Assembly (NCBI GenBank): GCA_963771355.1
Contig: CAVYTA010000007.1
Coordinates: 544,001 to 608,000 of the forward strand
DNA length: 64,000 nucleotides
Direction: 5' to 3'
Source of the DNA: an uncultured Candidatus Rokubacteria bacterium
GTDB lineage: Bacteria > Methylomirabilota > Methylomirabilia > Rokubacteriales > CSP1-6
The notes beneath the pieces were generated by a model. That model saw nothing but the letters and a program-made list of their open reading frames with translations, had not been told where the DNA came from and did no database searches. The translations under genes were made by a program, and so were the position numbers. This document shows positions 50,826-59,804 of this stretch, in pieces. Within the stretch, counting starts at the first letter, position 1. Each line of letters begins with the position of its first letter.

Positions 50826-53333
50826 TCAGGGCAGAGCCTGATGCAAGGTCCAGTAGCGCGCCCAGGGATCGGCGCGCAGGGCCCCGAGGCGCCGTGGCAC
50901 GGTCTTCACCGTGTAGTGATCGGAGGGCAGGTCCGGCGCCAGCTCTTCCCAGGCGAGCGGGACCGAGACGGGGGCCTCCATCGTCGCGCGCGTGGAGAAT
51001 GCCGACACCGAGCTGGCGCCGCGCGTGTTCCGCAGGTAGTCGATGAAGATACGGCCCTTGCGCGCGGCCTTCGCCATGGTGGCGGTGAAGCGGTCGGGCT
51101 CGCTCCGGGCGATCGCGGTCGCCACCGCCCGGGTGAACTCGGTCACCTTCTCCCAGGACGAGGGCGCCAGCGGGACCACCACGTGGAGGCCCTTGCCCCC
51201 CGTGGTCTTCACGAAGCTCTCGAGCTTCACATCCCGCAGCGTGCGCCGGACCAGGCGCGCGGCGTCGAGCATCTGGGGCCAGCGCACTTCCGGGCCGGGA
51301 TCCAGGTCGAACACCGCGCGATCGGGCCGCTCGAGCTGCCGGGCCACCGCGTTCCAGGTGTGTATCTCGAGCACGCCCATCTGCACCAGCTCGATCAGCG
51401 CGGGCAGCGAGTCGGCGATGAGGAAGTCGCCGCCGCCGGCCTCCATGGTGATGCGCACACGCCGGAGAGCGGTGCCCGTGCCGGGGCGGGCATGGCGCTG
51501 GAAGAAGCACTTCGCGCCCACCCCTTCCGGGCAGCGCAGCAGCGTGGTGGGCCGGTCGGCGAGATGGGGCAGGATCCAGTCGGCCACCGCCTCGTAGTAA
51601 CGGGCGAGATCGCGCTTGGTCAGGCCGATCTCGGGATAGAGCACGCGGTCGGGGTGGGTGAGCTTCACGCCCGCGATGGTATCGGCCGCGCCGGAGGCGG
51701 CCGGAGGACGAGCGGCGGTGGTGCGGTGGCGCGCTCGCGAACGACCGCGCGGGCGGGCTTGTCCTCTCGTAAACCCTGGAACGAGGGATGGCGCATACGC
51801 CCATCGCCCGTCCACTCGGTGAAGGCGACTTCGCCGACGAGCTGGGGCTCCACCCAGTGGACTCGTTGAAAACGGGGCGCCGCGCCGAAGGGGCTGTCGC
51901 GCCGTCGGAGGCGCCGGAGGCGGGGGGCGAGCACGCGGAGGTCCGCGTCCGAGAAGCCCGTGCCGACCTTCCCCGCGTAGCGGAGCTGTGCGCCATCGCG
52001 CACCCCGACCAGGAGGGCGCCGAGCCCCACGCGCGCGCCGTCCGGCTCCGTGTAGCCGCCGATCACCACTTCCTGTCGCTTGAGACACTTGGTCTTGAGC
52101 CAGGTCATGCCGCGGCCGGAGGTGTACGGGGCGTCCCGCCGCTTGGACACCGCGCCCTCGAGGCCGAGCCCGCAGGCGCGGCGAAGGAACGCATCGCCGC
52201 CGCCCGTCACGTGTGCGGAGTAGCGCACGGGTCCGTCGGTCGCCTTCGCCTTCGAGAGGAGCGCCTCCAGGGCGGCCTTCCGGCTCTCGAGCGGCGCCCC
52301 GCGGAGATCGCGTCCGTCCAGATACAAGAGGTCGAAGGCCATGTAGACGAGCGTGCCGGCGTCTTGGCCTTCGCCCAGCCGTTGCTGCAGCGCTTGAAAG
52401 CTCGTGGTGCCGTCGGGCTTGAGCACCGCCACCTCGCCGTCCAGCAGGGCGGTGCGCGCGGGCAGGCGCGCAGCGGCGGTGGCGATGCCGGAGAAGCGGG
52501 CCGTCCAGTCCTTGTCGTTGCGGCTCAGCAGCCGGACGCCCCCCTGGTCGAGCCGGCAGAGAATACGATAGCCGTCGAACTTGATCTCGTGCAGCCACGC
52601 GTCACCCTCGGGCGCCTGGTCCACCAGCGTGGCGAGCTGCGGGGGCACGAAGCGCGGGAGCGCCGCGGACCGCGCGCCCGGGACCACACGAGGTGAGGGG
52701 GCCGCGACGCCGCGGGTCCGAGCGACGCGCTTGCGCCCTTCGCGTCGGGCCGGGCCGTTCTCGGAGGGCGCCGCGGCGGACGCGGCGGCGTCCTCACGCT
52801 CCTTGATCAGGAGCCAGGGCTCGCCTCGGCCCTCCTTGTCGCGCATGCGCACGAGCACCCAGCCGCCCCGCAGGCGCCGGCCATGGAGGACGAACTTGAG
52901 ATTGCCTTTGCGATATCCCTCGCGCGGGTCGCCCACCGGCGTCCAGGTGCCGCGATCCCAGATCTCGACCTTGCCGGCGCCGTACTCGCCGGCCGGGATC
53001 GTCCCCTTGAAGGTGGCGTACTCGAGGGGATGATCCTCGACGTGCATGGCGAGCCGCCTCACCTTGGGATCGAGGCTCGGGCCTTTCGGCACCGCCCAGC
53101 TCTTGAGCACGCCGTCCATCTCGAGACGGAAGTCGTAGTGAAGGCGGGAGGCGGCGTGCTTCTGAACGACGAAGATGGGGCCTCGCGCCTTTTTCTTGGA
53201 CCCCTTGACCTTCTTGGGGTCCCCTCGCGGGGCCCGTTGCCCGCGGCTCCGGCGTGGCCGCGAAGTCGCGCTTCCGATCGTACTCGGCGAGGCGAGAGCG
53301 GCGGCGCGCGGGCGCCTCAGACCGCGACGGCAC
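50826..53333 (-). CDS. ligD: DNA ligase D (phosphoesterase-ligase-polymerase), frame breaks at ~53230 and ~51720
   Basis: [82 protein letters not shown]; start approximate. Confidence 0.92.
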
Positions 53334-53592
53334 CGGGATTGCCCATCGGCTCCTCAGGTACCGCCGCTCCGCTCGGGTAGATGTCGTCGGAGCCGTAGCG
53401 GAGTCGAGCGGGCACCGCGGCATCGTCCACCGCGCTGGCTCCGAATTCTTCGGGATGCTGATGCCTGAAGCAGGCCCGGATCATCTCGATGGCCGAGCGC
53501 GGTACTGGGGCAAAGCGGCCGGGTAAAATCTCACCGGCCGAAGTCACTTCCCTCTGATGGACCAGGTCCAGACGTAGAGACAATGTCGCCAT
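53317..53592 (-). CDS. Small hypothetical protein upstream of ligD (91 aa)
   Basis: ATG 53592 lies just after a consensus sigma-54 promoter; no recognisable family. Confidence 0.45.
   Translation of the reverse strand: MATLSLRLDLVHQREVTSAGEILPGRFAPVPRSAIEMIRACFRHQHPEEFGASAVDDAAVPARLRYGSDDIYPSGAAVPEEPMGNPGAVAV
53508..53534. promoter_or_regulatory. Putative enhancer (UAS) box pair
   Basis: gggcaaagcggcc-g-ggtaaaatctcac. Confidence 0.45.
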
Positions 53593-53604
53593 AACACGCC
53601 GTGA

Positions 53605-53620
53605 AGCAAGAGCGATGCCA
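53605..53620 (-). promoter_or_regulatory. Sigma-54 promoter toward ligD
   Basis: Minus strand TGGCATCGCTCTTGCT. Confidence 0.75.
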
Positions 53621-53645
53621 GAGCCCGATCGTTCACCAAGTTTCG

Positions 53646-53661
53646 CGGCACGTCTCTTGCT
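53646..53661 (+). promoter_or_regulatory. Sigma-54 promoter of kinase-DUF748-REC unit
   Basis: CGGCACGTCTCTTGCT. Confidence 0.75.
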
Positions 53662-53673
53662 GCGGCTCTCATC

Positions 53674-54906
53674 ATGGACGCGCATACCGGGGGAGAGGAA
53701 ACCCAGCATCTTCGAGCGGAGCTGAAGCGCGAGCGGGCGGCCCGGGTTGCGGCCGAAGCAGCCAACCGGTCCAACGACGAGATGCTCAACGCGATCTCGC
53801 ACAAGCTCCGCAATCCTCTCAATACCATCATGCTCTGGAGCCAGGTACTGCGAGAGCAGCCCGGGGATCCCGCGCTCGTGACGCGGGCCCTGGATGGGCT
53901 GGAGCACGCGGCGCGTCTGCAGATCCGCATGATCGACACGCTCCTCGACATGTCCCGTATCGCACTGGGCCGGTTGCGGCTGGAAGTTCAGGACGTCCCG
54001 CTCCGGCCCATCGTCGAGAGCGCGGTGGAGGCGTCGCGGCCGCTCGCGGCCGCCAAGGCCATCACGCTGGACACGAATCTCGCCGCCGGCCTGATCGCGG
54101 TGTCGGGGGACGCGACTCGTCTGGGTCAGGTGATCTGGCACCTGCTCTCGAATGCGATCCAGCACACGCCGCGCGGGAGCACCGTACGGATCGGGCTCAC
54201 CCGGACCCAGAGCCTGGCGCGAGTCACGGTGCGTGATTCCGGGGCCGGAATCGAGTCGTCGCGGATTCCCACGATCTTCGATCTCCACCAGACCAGCAGC
54301 GGCGGGACCTCGACCGACGACGCGCCCGGCCTGGGCCTTTCGCTGACGCGCCACATCGTGGAGCTGCACGGCGGCACGGTCCACGCCGAGAGTCCCGGCC
54401 ACGGCGAGGGCGCCACGTTCTCCTTCGAGCTGCCGTTGCTCGGATCGAGCACGCCGGCGGTGGTCGACCACTCCGGCGAGCCGGGTGGCAACGGCGTCGG
54501 GACACCCATCCCGGTGTCCCTGGGCGGCTTGCGCATCCTGATCGTCGAGGATGAGCCCAGCGCGCGCGACAGCATGCGCATCATCCTCCAGCGCTGCGGC
54601 GCCGAGGTGGCGGCGGTGGGCTCGGCTCGTCAAGCGCTGGAGACGCTCGCCGAAGGCCGCTTCGACGTCCTGGTGAGCGACATCGCGATGCCCGGCGGGG
54701 ACGGCTACGAGTTGCTGCGCCGTGTGCGGGCGCTGGCGCCCGAGGATGGTGGGCAGATCCCCGCCGTCGCCGTCACCGCGCAGGGCCCGGAGTCGCGGTC
54801 CCGCGCCCTCGCGGAGGGCTTCCAGCTCTACCTGAACAAGCCGGTCGACGCCGCCCACCTGGTTCGCCTCGTCACCGCGCTGGGCGGGCGCGCCCGCGGG
54901 GCCTAG
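53674..54906 (+). CDS. Sensor-less hybrid histidine kinase with degenerate H-box
   Basis: SHKLRNPL, SNAIQH, DSGAGI, PGLGL, REC SDIAMP. Confidence 0.88.
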   Translation: MDAHTGGEETQHLRAELKRERAARVAAEAANRSNDEMLNAISHKLRNPLNTIMLWSQVLREQPGDPALVTRALDGLEHAARLQIRMIDTLLDMSRIALGRLRLEVQDVPLRPIVESAVEASRPLAAAKAITLDTNLAAGLIAVSGDATRLGQVIWHLLSNAIQHTPRGSTVRIGLTRTQSLARVTVRDSGAGIESSRIPTIFDLHQTSSGGTSTDDAPGLGLSLTRHIVELHGGTVHAESPGHGEGATFSFELPLLGSSTPAVVDHSGEPGGNGVGTPIPVSLGGLRILIVEDEPSARDSMRIILQRCGAEVAAVGSARQALETLAEGRFDVLVSDIAMPGGDGYELLRRVRALAPEDGGQIPAVAVTAQGPESRSRALAEGFQLYLNKPVDAAHLVRLVTALGGRARGA

Positions 54907-54908
54907 CC

Positions 54909-56537
54909 ATGCCGCGATCGGGCCGGCTCCGGATGCCGGGACTGCGGCTTCCGAAAGGCCGCTGGCCCTACTGGGCTCTCGGTACCCTCGCGGTGGTGGC
55001 GCTGCTTGCCTATTCGGCGGCCTTTCTCATGGATGAGCCCCTGCGCCGCTCGATGGAGGGCCGGCTCAACGAGCGGCTGAAGGGCTATACCGCGCACGTC
55101 GGCAAGCTGGACTTCCACCCCTTCGGGTTCTCGCTGGACCTCGAGGACCTCGTGCTGACGCAGGACGCGCACCCGGATCCGCCGGTGGCCCGCATCCGGC
55201 GGCTCTCCGCCAGCGTGGAGTGGCGCGCGCTACTGTCCGGGAAACTGGTGGGCGACGTGGAGATCGTGGAGCCGAAGGTGAACCTGAACCTCGCCCAGGC
55301 GCGGGCGGAGGCCAAGGATCCGACGCCGGTGGAGAAGCGGGGCTGGCAGGAGGCGCTGGAGGCCATCTACCCGCTCAAGATCAACACCTTCGTGATCCGC
55401 CGCGGCGAGCTCGTGTACACCGATGAGGAGGGGCCTTTCGCCCCGCTGACGCTTCGGGAGCTCGAGCTCGAAGCCAGCAATATCCGCAACGTGCGCTCGA
55501 AGGAGCGGACCTATCCCTCCGCGGTCCACCTCACCGCGAGCGTCTTCGAGCGGGGCAAGCTCAAGGTGGACGGGAACGCCGACTTCATGGCGATGCCGCA
55601 CGCGGCGATCCTCGCCGACGTGCGCATGGAGGGCATCGAGCTCGACTACTTCCGCCCGCTCACCCGGCACTACGACGTCGTGGTCAAGGGCGGCGTGCTC
55701 TCTGCCGACGGTCGGGTGGAGTACGCGCCCACCGTGAAAACGGTGGAGCTGCGCGACGCCCGGGTCGACGGAGTCGCCGTGGAGTACATGCACAAGGGCG
55801 CCAAGGGGGTCAAAGGCGTGAGCAAGGTGGCCGAGAAGGCGGGCACGGCAGCGGCGGAGGCGGCCACCGAGAAGCCGGGCCTGATCATCCGCGCCGCCAA
55901 CCTCGAGGTCACGCGCAGCACCTTCGCGTTCGTGAACGCCGCCGCCAAGCCCCCCTACCGTCTCTACCTCTCCGACACCAAAGTGAAGATCAAGAACTTC
56001 AGCAACCAGCGCGCGGAAGGGCCGGGAGATGTGGAGCTGGCGGCGAAGTTCATGGGCACCGGCCCCACCGCGATGCAGGTTCGCTTCCGGCCCGGCACGC
56101 CGCGGCCCGACATGGACATCAAGATCCAAATCACCGACACCCAGATGCAGCGCATGAACGACCTGTTCCGCGCCCACGGCGGCTTCGACGTGAAGGACGG
56201 GCACTTTTCCTTCTTTTCCGAGATCAAGGTCAACAAGGGCCAGGTAGACGGCTATGTGAAGCCGCTGTTCAAGGACCTGGACGTGTATGATCCGAGCCAG
56301 GATCGAAACAAGAGCGTCTTCAAGCGCGCCTATGAGGCGATAGTGGGCGCCATCGCCGAGCTGCTGGAGAACAGGTCCCGCGACGAGGTGGCCACCAAGA
56401 CCCCCGTGAAGGGACGCATCGATAATCCCAATGTCGGGACGATGGAGGCCATTGTCCGTCTCGTACAGAACGCGTTCGCCGAGGCCATTATGCCGGGCTT
56501 CGAGCGGGAGCTTCGCCGGAAGTCGTCCTCGGGCTGA
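54909..56537 (+). CDS. DUF748 / AsmA-like membrane-anchored beta-rich protein
   Basis: N-terminal TM; SASVEWRALLSGKLVG; GYVKPLF..LDVY; LVQNAF. Confidence 0.78.
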   Translation: MPRSGRLRMPGLRLPKGRWPYWALGTLAVVALLAYSAAFLMDEPLRRSMEGRLNERLKGYTAHVGKLDFHPFGFSLDLEDLVLTQDAHPDPPVARIRRLSASVEWRALLSGKLVGDVEIVEPKVNLNLAQARAEAKDPTPVEKRGWQEALEAIYPLKINTFVIRRGELVYTDEEGPFAPLTLRELELEASNIRNVRSKERTYPSAVHLTASVFERGKLKVDGNADFMAMPHAAILADVRMEGIELDYFRPLTRHYDVVVKGGVLSADGRVEYAPTVKTVELRDARVDGVAVEYMHKGAKGVKGVSKVAEKAGTAAAEAATEKPGLIIRAANLEVTRSTFAFVNAAAKPPYRLYLSDTKVKIKNFSNQRAEGPGDVELAAKFMGTGPTAMQVRFRPGTPRPDMDIKIQITDTQMQRMNDLFRAHGGFDVKDGHFSFFSEIKVNKGQVDGYVKPLFKDLDVYDPSQDRNKSVFKRAYEAIVGAIAELLENRSRDEVATKTPVKGRIDNPNVGTMEAIVRLVQNAFAEAIMPGFERELRRKSSSG

Positions 56538-56558
56538 GTTCGCCGGAAGCCGTTTCCC

Positions 56559-56909
56559 ATGGCGCACATTCTTCTCGTGGAAGATGACGTGGACAGCCGC
56601 GACGCGCTCCGGTTCCTGCTGGAGCACTCGGGCCATCGCGTCAGTGTGGCCGGCGGCGGGCGGGAAGCCATCGCCCTGGCCGCCTCGCTGGAGCCGGACT
56701 GGGCGGTCATCGACATCGGCTTGCCCGACATCGACGGCTATGAGGCGGCGCGCGGCGTCCGGCAGAGCGCGCCATCGATCCGGCTGGTGGCGCTGACGGG
56801 CTATGGGCGCCCGGAAGACCGCGCGCGCGCGTTTGCCGCCGGCTTCGATGCCCATGTGATGAAGCCGGTGGATCCCGACCGACTCGCGGAGATCCTCACG
56901 TCGCGCTGA
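56559..56909 (+). CDS. Single-domain response regulator
   Basis: ILLVEDD, DIGLPDIDGY, ALTGYG, KPVD. Confidence 0.92.
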   Translation: MAHILLVEDDVDSRDALRFLLEHSGHRVSVAGGGREAIALAASLEPDWAVIDIGLPDIDGYEAARGVRQSAPSIRLVALTGYGRPEDRARAFAAGFDAHVMKPVDPDRLAEILTSR

Positions 56910-56945
56910 CGCCACCTTCGGGTGGCATTCGCGCGCGCGGTATGC

Positions 56946-56961
56946 TGGCGGGTCTCTTGCA
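56946..56961 (+). promoter_or_regulatory. Sigma-54 promoter
   Basis: TGGCGGGTCTCTTGCA. Confidence 0.7.
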
Positions 56962-57016
56962 ATCTCTCGCCCGTGGGGCGGGCGCCTCCACATTCCATGC
57001 CCAAGGAGACACTGAC

Positions 57017-57550
57017 ATGGCCAGTCCATCCGCGATGGTGACGGGACTGTTCTGGGATCGAGAGGCGGCGGAGCGCGCGTATCAGGCGCTGCGTAGCCGC
57101 GGCTATAGTGATGCCGATATCAACGTGATGATGTCCGCGGCCACGCGTGAGCGCTTGTTCGGCGACGAGACGCCGCCCGGGACCGCGCGGGGGAGCAAGG
57201 CACTGGAAGGCGCGGGGGTGGGCGCCGGCGTGGGCGCGGTCACCGGCGGCGTGATCGCGGCGCTCGCGGCGGCGGCGACGGTGGTCGTGCCCGGCGTGGG
57301 GCTCGTCCTCGCCGGGCCGCTCGCGGCCGCGCTCGCCGGAGCCGGCGCGGGCAGCCTGACCGGCGGGGTGATCGGTGCGCTCATCGGCGCCGGCATACCC
57401 GAGGATCACGCGAAGGTCTACCAGCATGCCCTCGAGAACGGCGGCATCGTGATGGGAGTGGGCCCGCGCACCGACGAGGACGCGCGGTATTTCGAGTCGG
57501 AATGGCGGCGGGACCGCGACCCGGCCGAGAGTCGACCGGCCAGGCGGTAA
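57017..57550 (+). CDS. General stress protein (Gly-zipper, YflT/GSP17M-like)
   Basis: AERAYQAL...DINVMM; glycine-zipper; GIPEDHAKVY...GGIVMGV; AAGGAG RBS. Confidence 0.8.
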   Translation: MASPSAMVTGLFWDREAAERAYQALRSRGYSDADINVMMSAATRERLFGDETPPGTARGSKALEGAGVGAGVGAVTGGVIAALAAAATVVVPGVGLVLAGPLAAALAGAGAGSLTGGVIGALIGAGIPEDHAKVYQHALENGGIVMGVGPRTDEDARYFESEWRRDRDPAESRPARR

Positions 57551-57555
57551 CCGCT

Positions 57556-57600
57556 CCCCGTGCGGGTCGGAACGGCCGGGCCGTCCGAACCCGCACGGGG
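57556..57600. terminator. GC-rich hairpin between convergent genes
   Basis: ccccgtgcgggt...acccgcacgggg 12-bp outer stem plus inner stem. Confidence 0.6.
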
Positions 57601-57607
57601 CGGGCGG

Positions 57608-57850
57608 CTAGGTCGCCGAGCGCAGCGTGGTGTTGCGGGGAGAAGGACGTACCGCCTCCTGCCCCGCGTGAATGGTCTGGCCGATCGTCTGCGACGCGCT
57701 CTCCACCAGTGTCTCGGCCTCCTTCAGCTTGTTGGCCGCCTTCGCGCGAAGGTCGCGTGTGCCGACCTCGACCAGCCGATTGATCTCATTACCCCACAGC
57801 CAGTAGGCGACTCCTCCTGCAACCGCGCCAACGACAAATGCCTTGATCAT
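57608..57850 (-). CDS. Small membrane-anchored helical protein (YtxH-like architecture)
   Basis: AGGAGG RBS; FVVGAVAGG anchor then amphipathic helix. Confidence 0.72.
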   Translation of the reverse strand: MIKAFVVGAVAGGVAYWLWGNEINRLVEVGTRDLRAKAANKLKEAETLVESASQTIGQTIHAGQEAVRPSPRNTTLRSAT

Positions 57851-57878
57851 GGTGTTCTCCTCCTGTCTACACGGAGGG

Positions 57879-57894
57879 AGCAAGGGTAATGCCA
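57879..57894 (-). promoter_or_regulatory. Sigma-54 promoter
   Basis: Minus strand TGGCATTACCCTTGCT. Confidence 0.75.
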
Positions 57895-57895
57895 G

Positions 57896-57922
57896 GGCGA
57901 GGCTTACCCGATAGAAACTACC
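57896..57922. promoter_or_regulatory. Putative enhancer (UAS) box pair
   Basis: ggcgaggcttacc-c-gatagaaactacc. Confidence 0.55.
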
Positions 57923-58008
57923 GGCCGCCACACGTCCCGAAGGCAGAGGGCTGATCATCCGGAACCAAAAGCGCTTTAGATTCCCTCATTCGGAGGGCGG
58001 AACTCGGT

Positions 58009-58024
58009 CGGCACGCGCGTTGCA
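58009..58024 (+). promoter_or_regulatory. Sigma-54 promoter of DUF3309-BON unit
   Basis: CGGCACGCGCGTTGCA. Confidence 0.78.
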
Positions 58025-58074
58025 GAACACGTGAGGCGGAAGGTGGCCGCAGTGGCGGTCGCCGGGGAGGACAC

Positions 58075-58227
58075 ATGAGTACCATCCTGATCGTCGTGCT
58101 GGTTCTTCTCTTGGTGGGAGCGATCCCGGCGTGGCCTCACAGCCGGCAATGGGGTTACTTCCCCAGCGGCCTTCTGGGAATCGTCCTGCTGGTGCTCTTG
58201 ATCCTCGCGCTGACAGGGCGAGTGTGA
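58075..58227 (+). CDS. DUF3309-family small membrane protein (50 aa, absent from ORF track)
   Basis: GGAGG RBS; MSTILIVVLVLLLVGAIPAWPHSRQWGYFPSGLLGIVLLVLLILALTGRV. Confidence 0.88.
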   Translation: MSTILIVVLVLLLVGAIPAWPHSRQWGYFPSGLLGIVLLVLLILALTGRV

Positions 58228-58292
58228 TGGCCGCCGCGACAACGTCCGCTAACCGAGTCCATCGAGTCAACCGAGTCAAAGGAGGATGGCTA

Positions 58293-59171
58293 ATGCACCG
58301 TGCTACCAAGCTGAGCGCAACCGTGATGATGGGGTTGGCGCTGGCGGCCGCACCCGCGTGGGTGAATGCCGCCGACGAGAAGAAGTCGACCACCGAGGCC
58401 GTGAAGACCAACGTGAGCGACTCCTGGATCACCTCGAAGGCCAAGATCGCGCTCTTCGCCGATAGCCGCGTTCCCGGCACCTCCGTGAACGTGGAGACCC
58501 AGAAGGGCACCCTTTATCTTCGCGGCAAGGTTGACACCGACGCCGCCAAGCAGGCCGCCGAAGAGGTCGCCAAGGGCGTCGATGGCGTGAAGAGCGTCAA
58601 GAACGAGCTGCAGGTCGTCCCCGCCGGCGACAAGAAGATGGTCGAGGCGAAGGACGAAGACCTGACCAAGCAGGTGAAGACCCGCCTCCAGAACGACGCC
58701 CGCCTCAAGAAGGTGGACGTGCGGGTGGACAATGGCGTGGTGACTCTGCAGGGCAAGGTGGCCAACATCGACGATAGCGCGCGCGCCTCGCAGCTGGCCC
58801 GCTCGGTGCCCGGCGTCCGCGCGGTGAAGAACGACATGACCTTCGACAGCGCGATGGACGATTCCAGCACCATGAAGGACCGTATGAGCCGGACGAAGGA
58901 GACGATGAAGGACAAGATGAGCACGATGACGGACGGCTCCGACAAGGTGACGGGCTCGCAGACCCACGTGGCGGCGGCCCAGCAGGCGCTCCAGAAGGAG
59001 GGCTTGAACCCGGGCCCGATCGACGGCTACATGGGGCCGCGCACGACCGCGGCGGTGCGTGAGTTCCAGCAGAAGCAGCAGCTCCAGGTGACCGGCCAGC
59101 TCGACCCCGAGACGCTGGGTCGGCTGGGCGTAGGCATCGGCGGCGCCACCCGGAAGCCGCAGTCCCCGTAA
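58293..59171 (+). CDS. OsmY-like double-BON protein with C-terminal peptidoglycan-binding domain
   Basis: Signal peptide; SDSWITSKAK, GVKSVKNEL, second BON, GPIDGYMGPRTTAAVREFQ. Confidence 0.9.
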   Translation: MHRATKLSATVMMGLALAAAPAWVNAADEKKSTTEAVKTNVSDSWITSKAKIALFADSRVPGTSVNVETQKGTLYLRGKVDTDAAKQAAEEVAKGVDGVKSVKNELQVVPAGDKKMVEAKDEDLTKQVKTRLQNDARLKKVDVRVDNGVVTLQGKVANIDDSARASQLARSVPGVRAVKNDMTFDSAMDDSSTMKDRMSRTKETMKDKMSTMTDGSDKVTGSQTHVAAAQQALQKEGLNPGPIDGYMGPRTTAAVREFQQKQQLQVTGQLDPETLGRLGVGIGGATRKPQSP

Positions 59172-59198
59172 GGGCGACCCGGCAACAGGGTGGATCGG

Positions 59199-59235
59199 CG
59201 GGCCGGGGAGGCGACTCCCCGGCCCGTTTTCTTTT
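59199..59235 (+). terminator. Rho-independent terminator
   Basis: cgggccggggag-gcga-ctccccggcccg followed by ttttctttt. Confidence 0.9.
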
Positions 59236-59268
59236 GCGAATTTTCTCTATGGGCGAGGAGGGAATGAG

Positions 59269-59382
59269 GTGGACGACGGGGGCTGGCTGATACTGGCGCT
59301 GGTCGCGGGCGGACTCACGGCCTTCTTCTGGCTATGGCGCGAGCGCTGGCTACGCCGCCGGCGGCGCGACGGGGAACGCTAG
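59269..59382 (+). CDS. Putative 37-aa single-TM microprotein (absent from ORF track)
   Basis: Purine-rich RBS region; MDDGGWLILALVAGGLTAFFWLWRERWLRRRRRDGER. Confidence 0.5.
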   Translation: MDDGGWLILALVAGGLTAFFWLWRERWLRRRRRDGER

Positions 59383-59627
59383 GTGGCGGTCGATCGGGTG
59401 GAGCGGACAGGAGCGACCGGCCGCCGGCGTAGCGAAGGGGTAGACAGGGGCCCGAATCGCCACGTCCGATGCTTCAGGACGGAGATCAGCAGGCCGAGCG
59501 CGAGGAGGATGAATAAGGCGCCAATGGTTCCCACGAGAAGAGGAGTCAAGTACGGCATCACCGAGAACCCGACGGGGAAGACGCTACCCACGACACCGAG
59601 TGCCATCAAGCCGATCGCAGTTCTCAA
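59379..59627 (-). CDS. Small 2-TM membrane protein
   Basis: GGAGG RBS, upstream sigma-54 site, two hydrophobic segments. Confidence 0.6.
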   Translation of the reverse strand: MRTAIGLMALGVVGSVFPVGFSVMPYLTPLLVGTIGALFILLALGLLISVLKHRTWRFGPLSTPSLRRRPVAPVRSTRSTAT

Positions 59628-59654
59628 TGTAGGAATTCCTCCAGTGGTCCCCTA

Positions 59655-59670
59655 CGCAATACAGGTGCCA
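59655..59670 (-). promoter_or_regulatory. Sigma-54 promoter
   Basis: Minus strand TGGCACCTGTATTGCG. Confidence 0.75.
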
Positions 59671-59757
59671 GTCCTGGGACCTGGACGAAAGTGCTATCCT
59701 ATCGACACGATGTCTTGCCGGATCGGGGTGGCAGGCATCCGCCTGGAGTCACGAACA

Positions 59758-59784
59758 GGTAAATTTTTCCGGATAGATCTTTCC
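59758..59784. promoter_or_regulatory. Putative enhancer (UAS) box pair
   Basis: ggtaaatttttcc-g-gatagatctttcc. Confidence 0.55.
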
Positions 59785-59804
59785 ATTCGGACCGACTGCT
59801 CGGA

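Noticed and set aside
59729..59748. Sigma-54 promoter for the ndvB-like gene
   Set aside because: TGGCA/AGGCA present but no GC at the required 10-nt spacing
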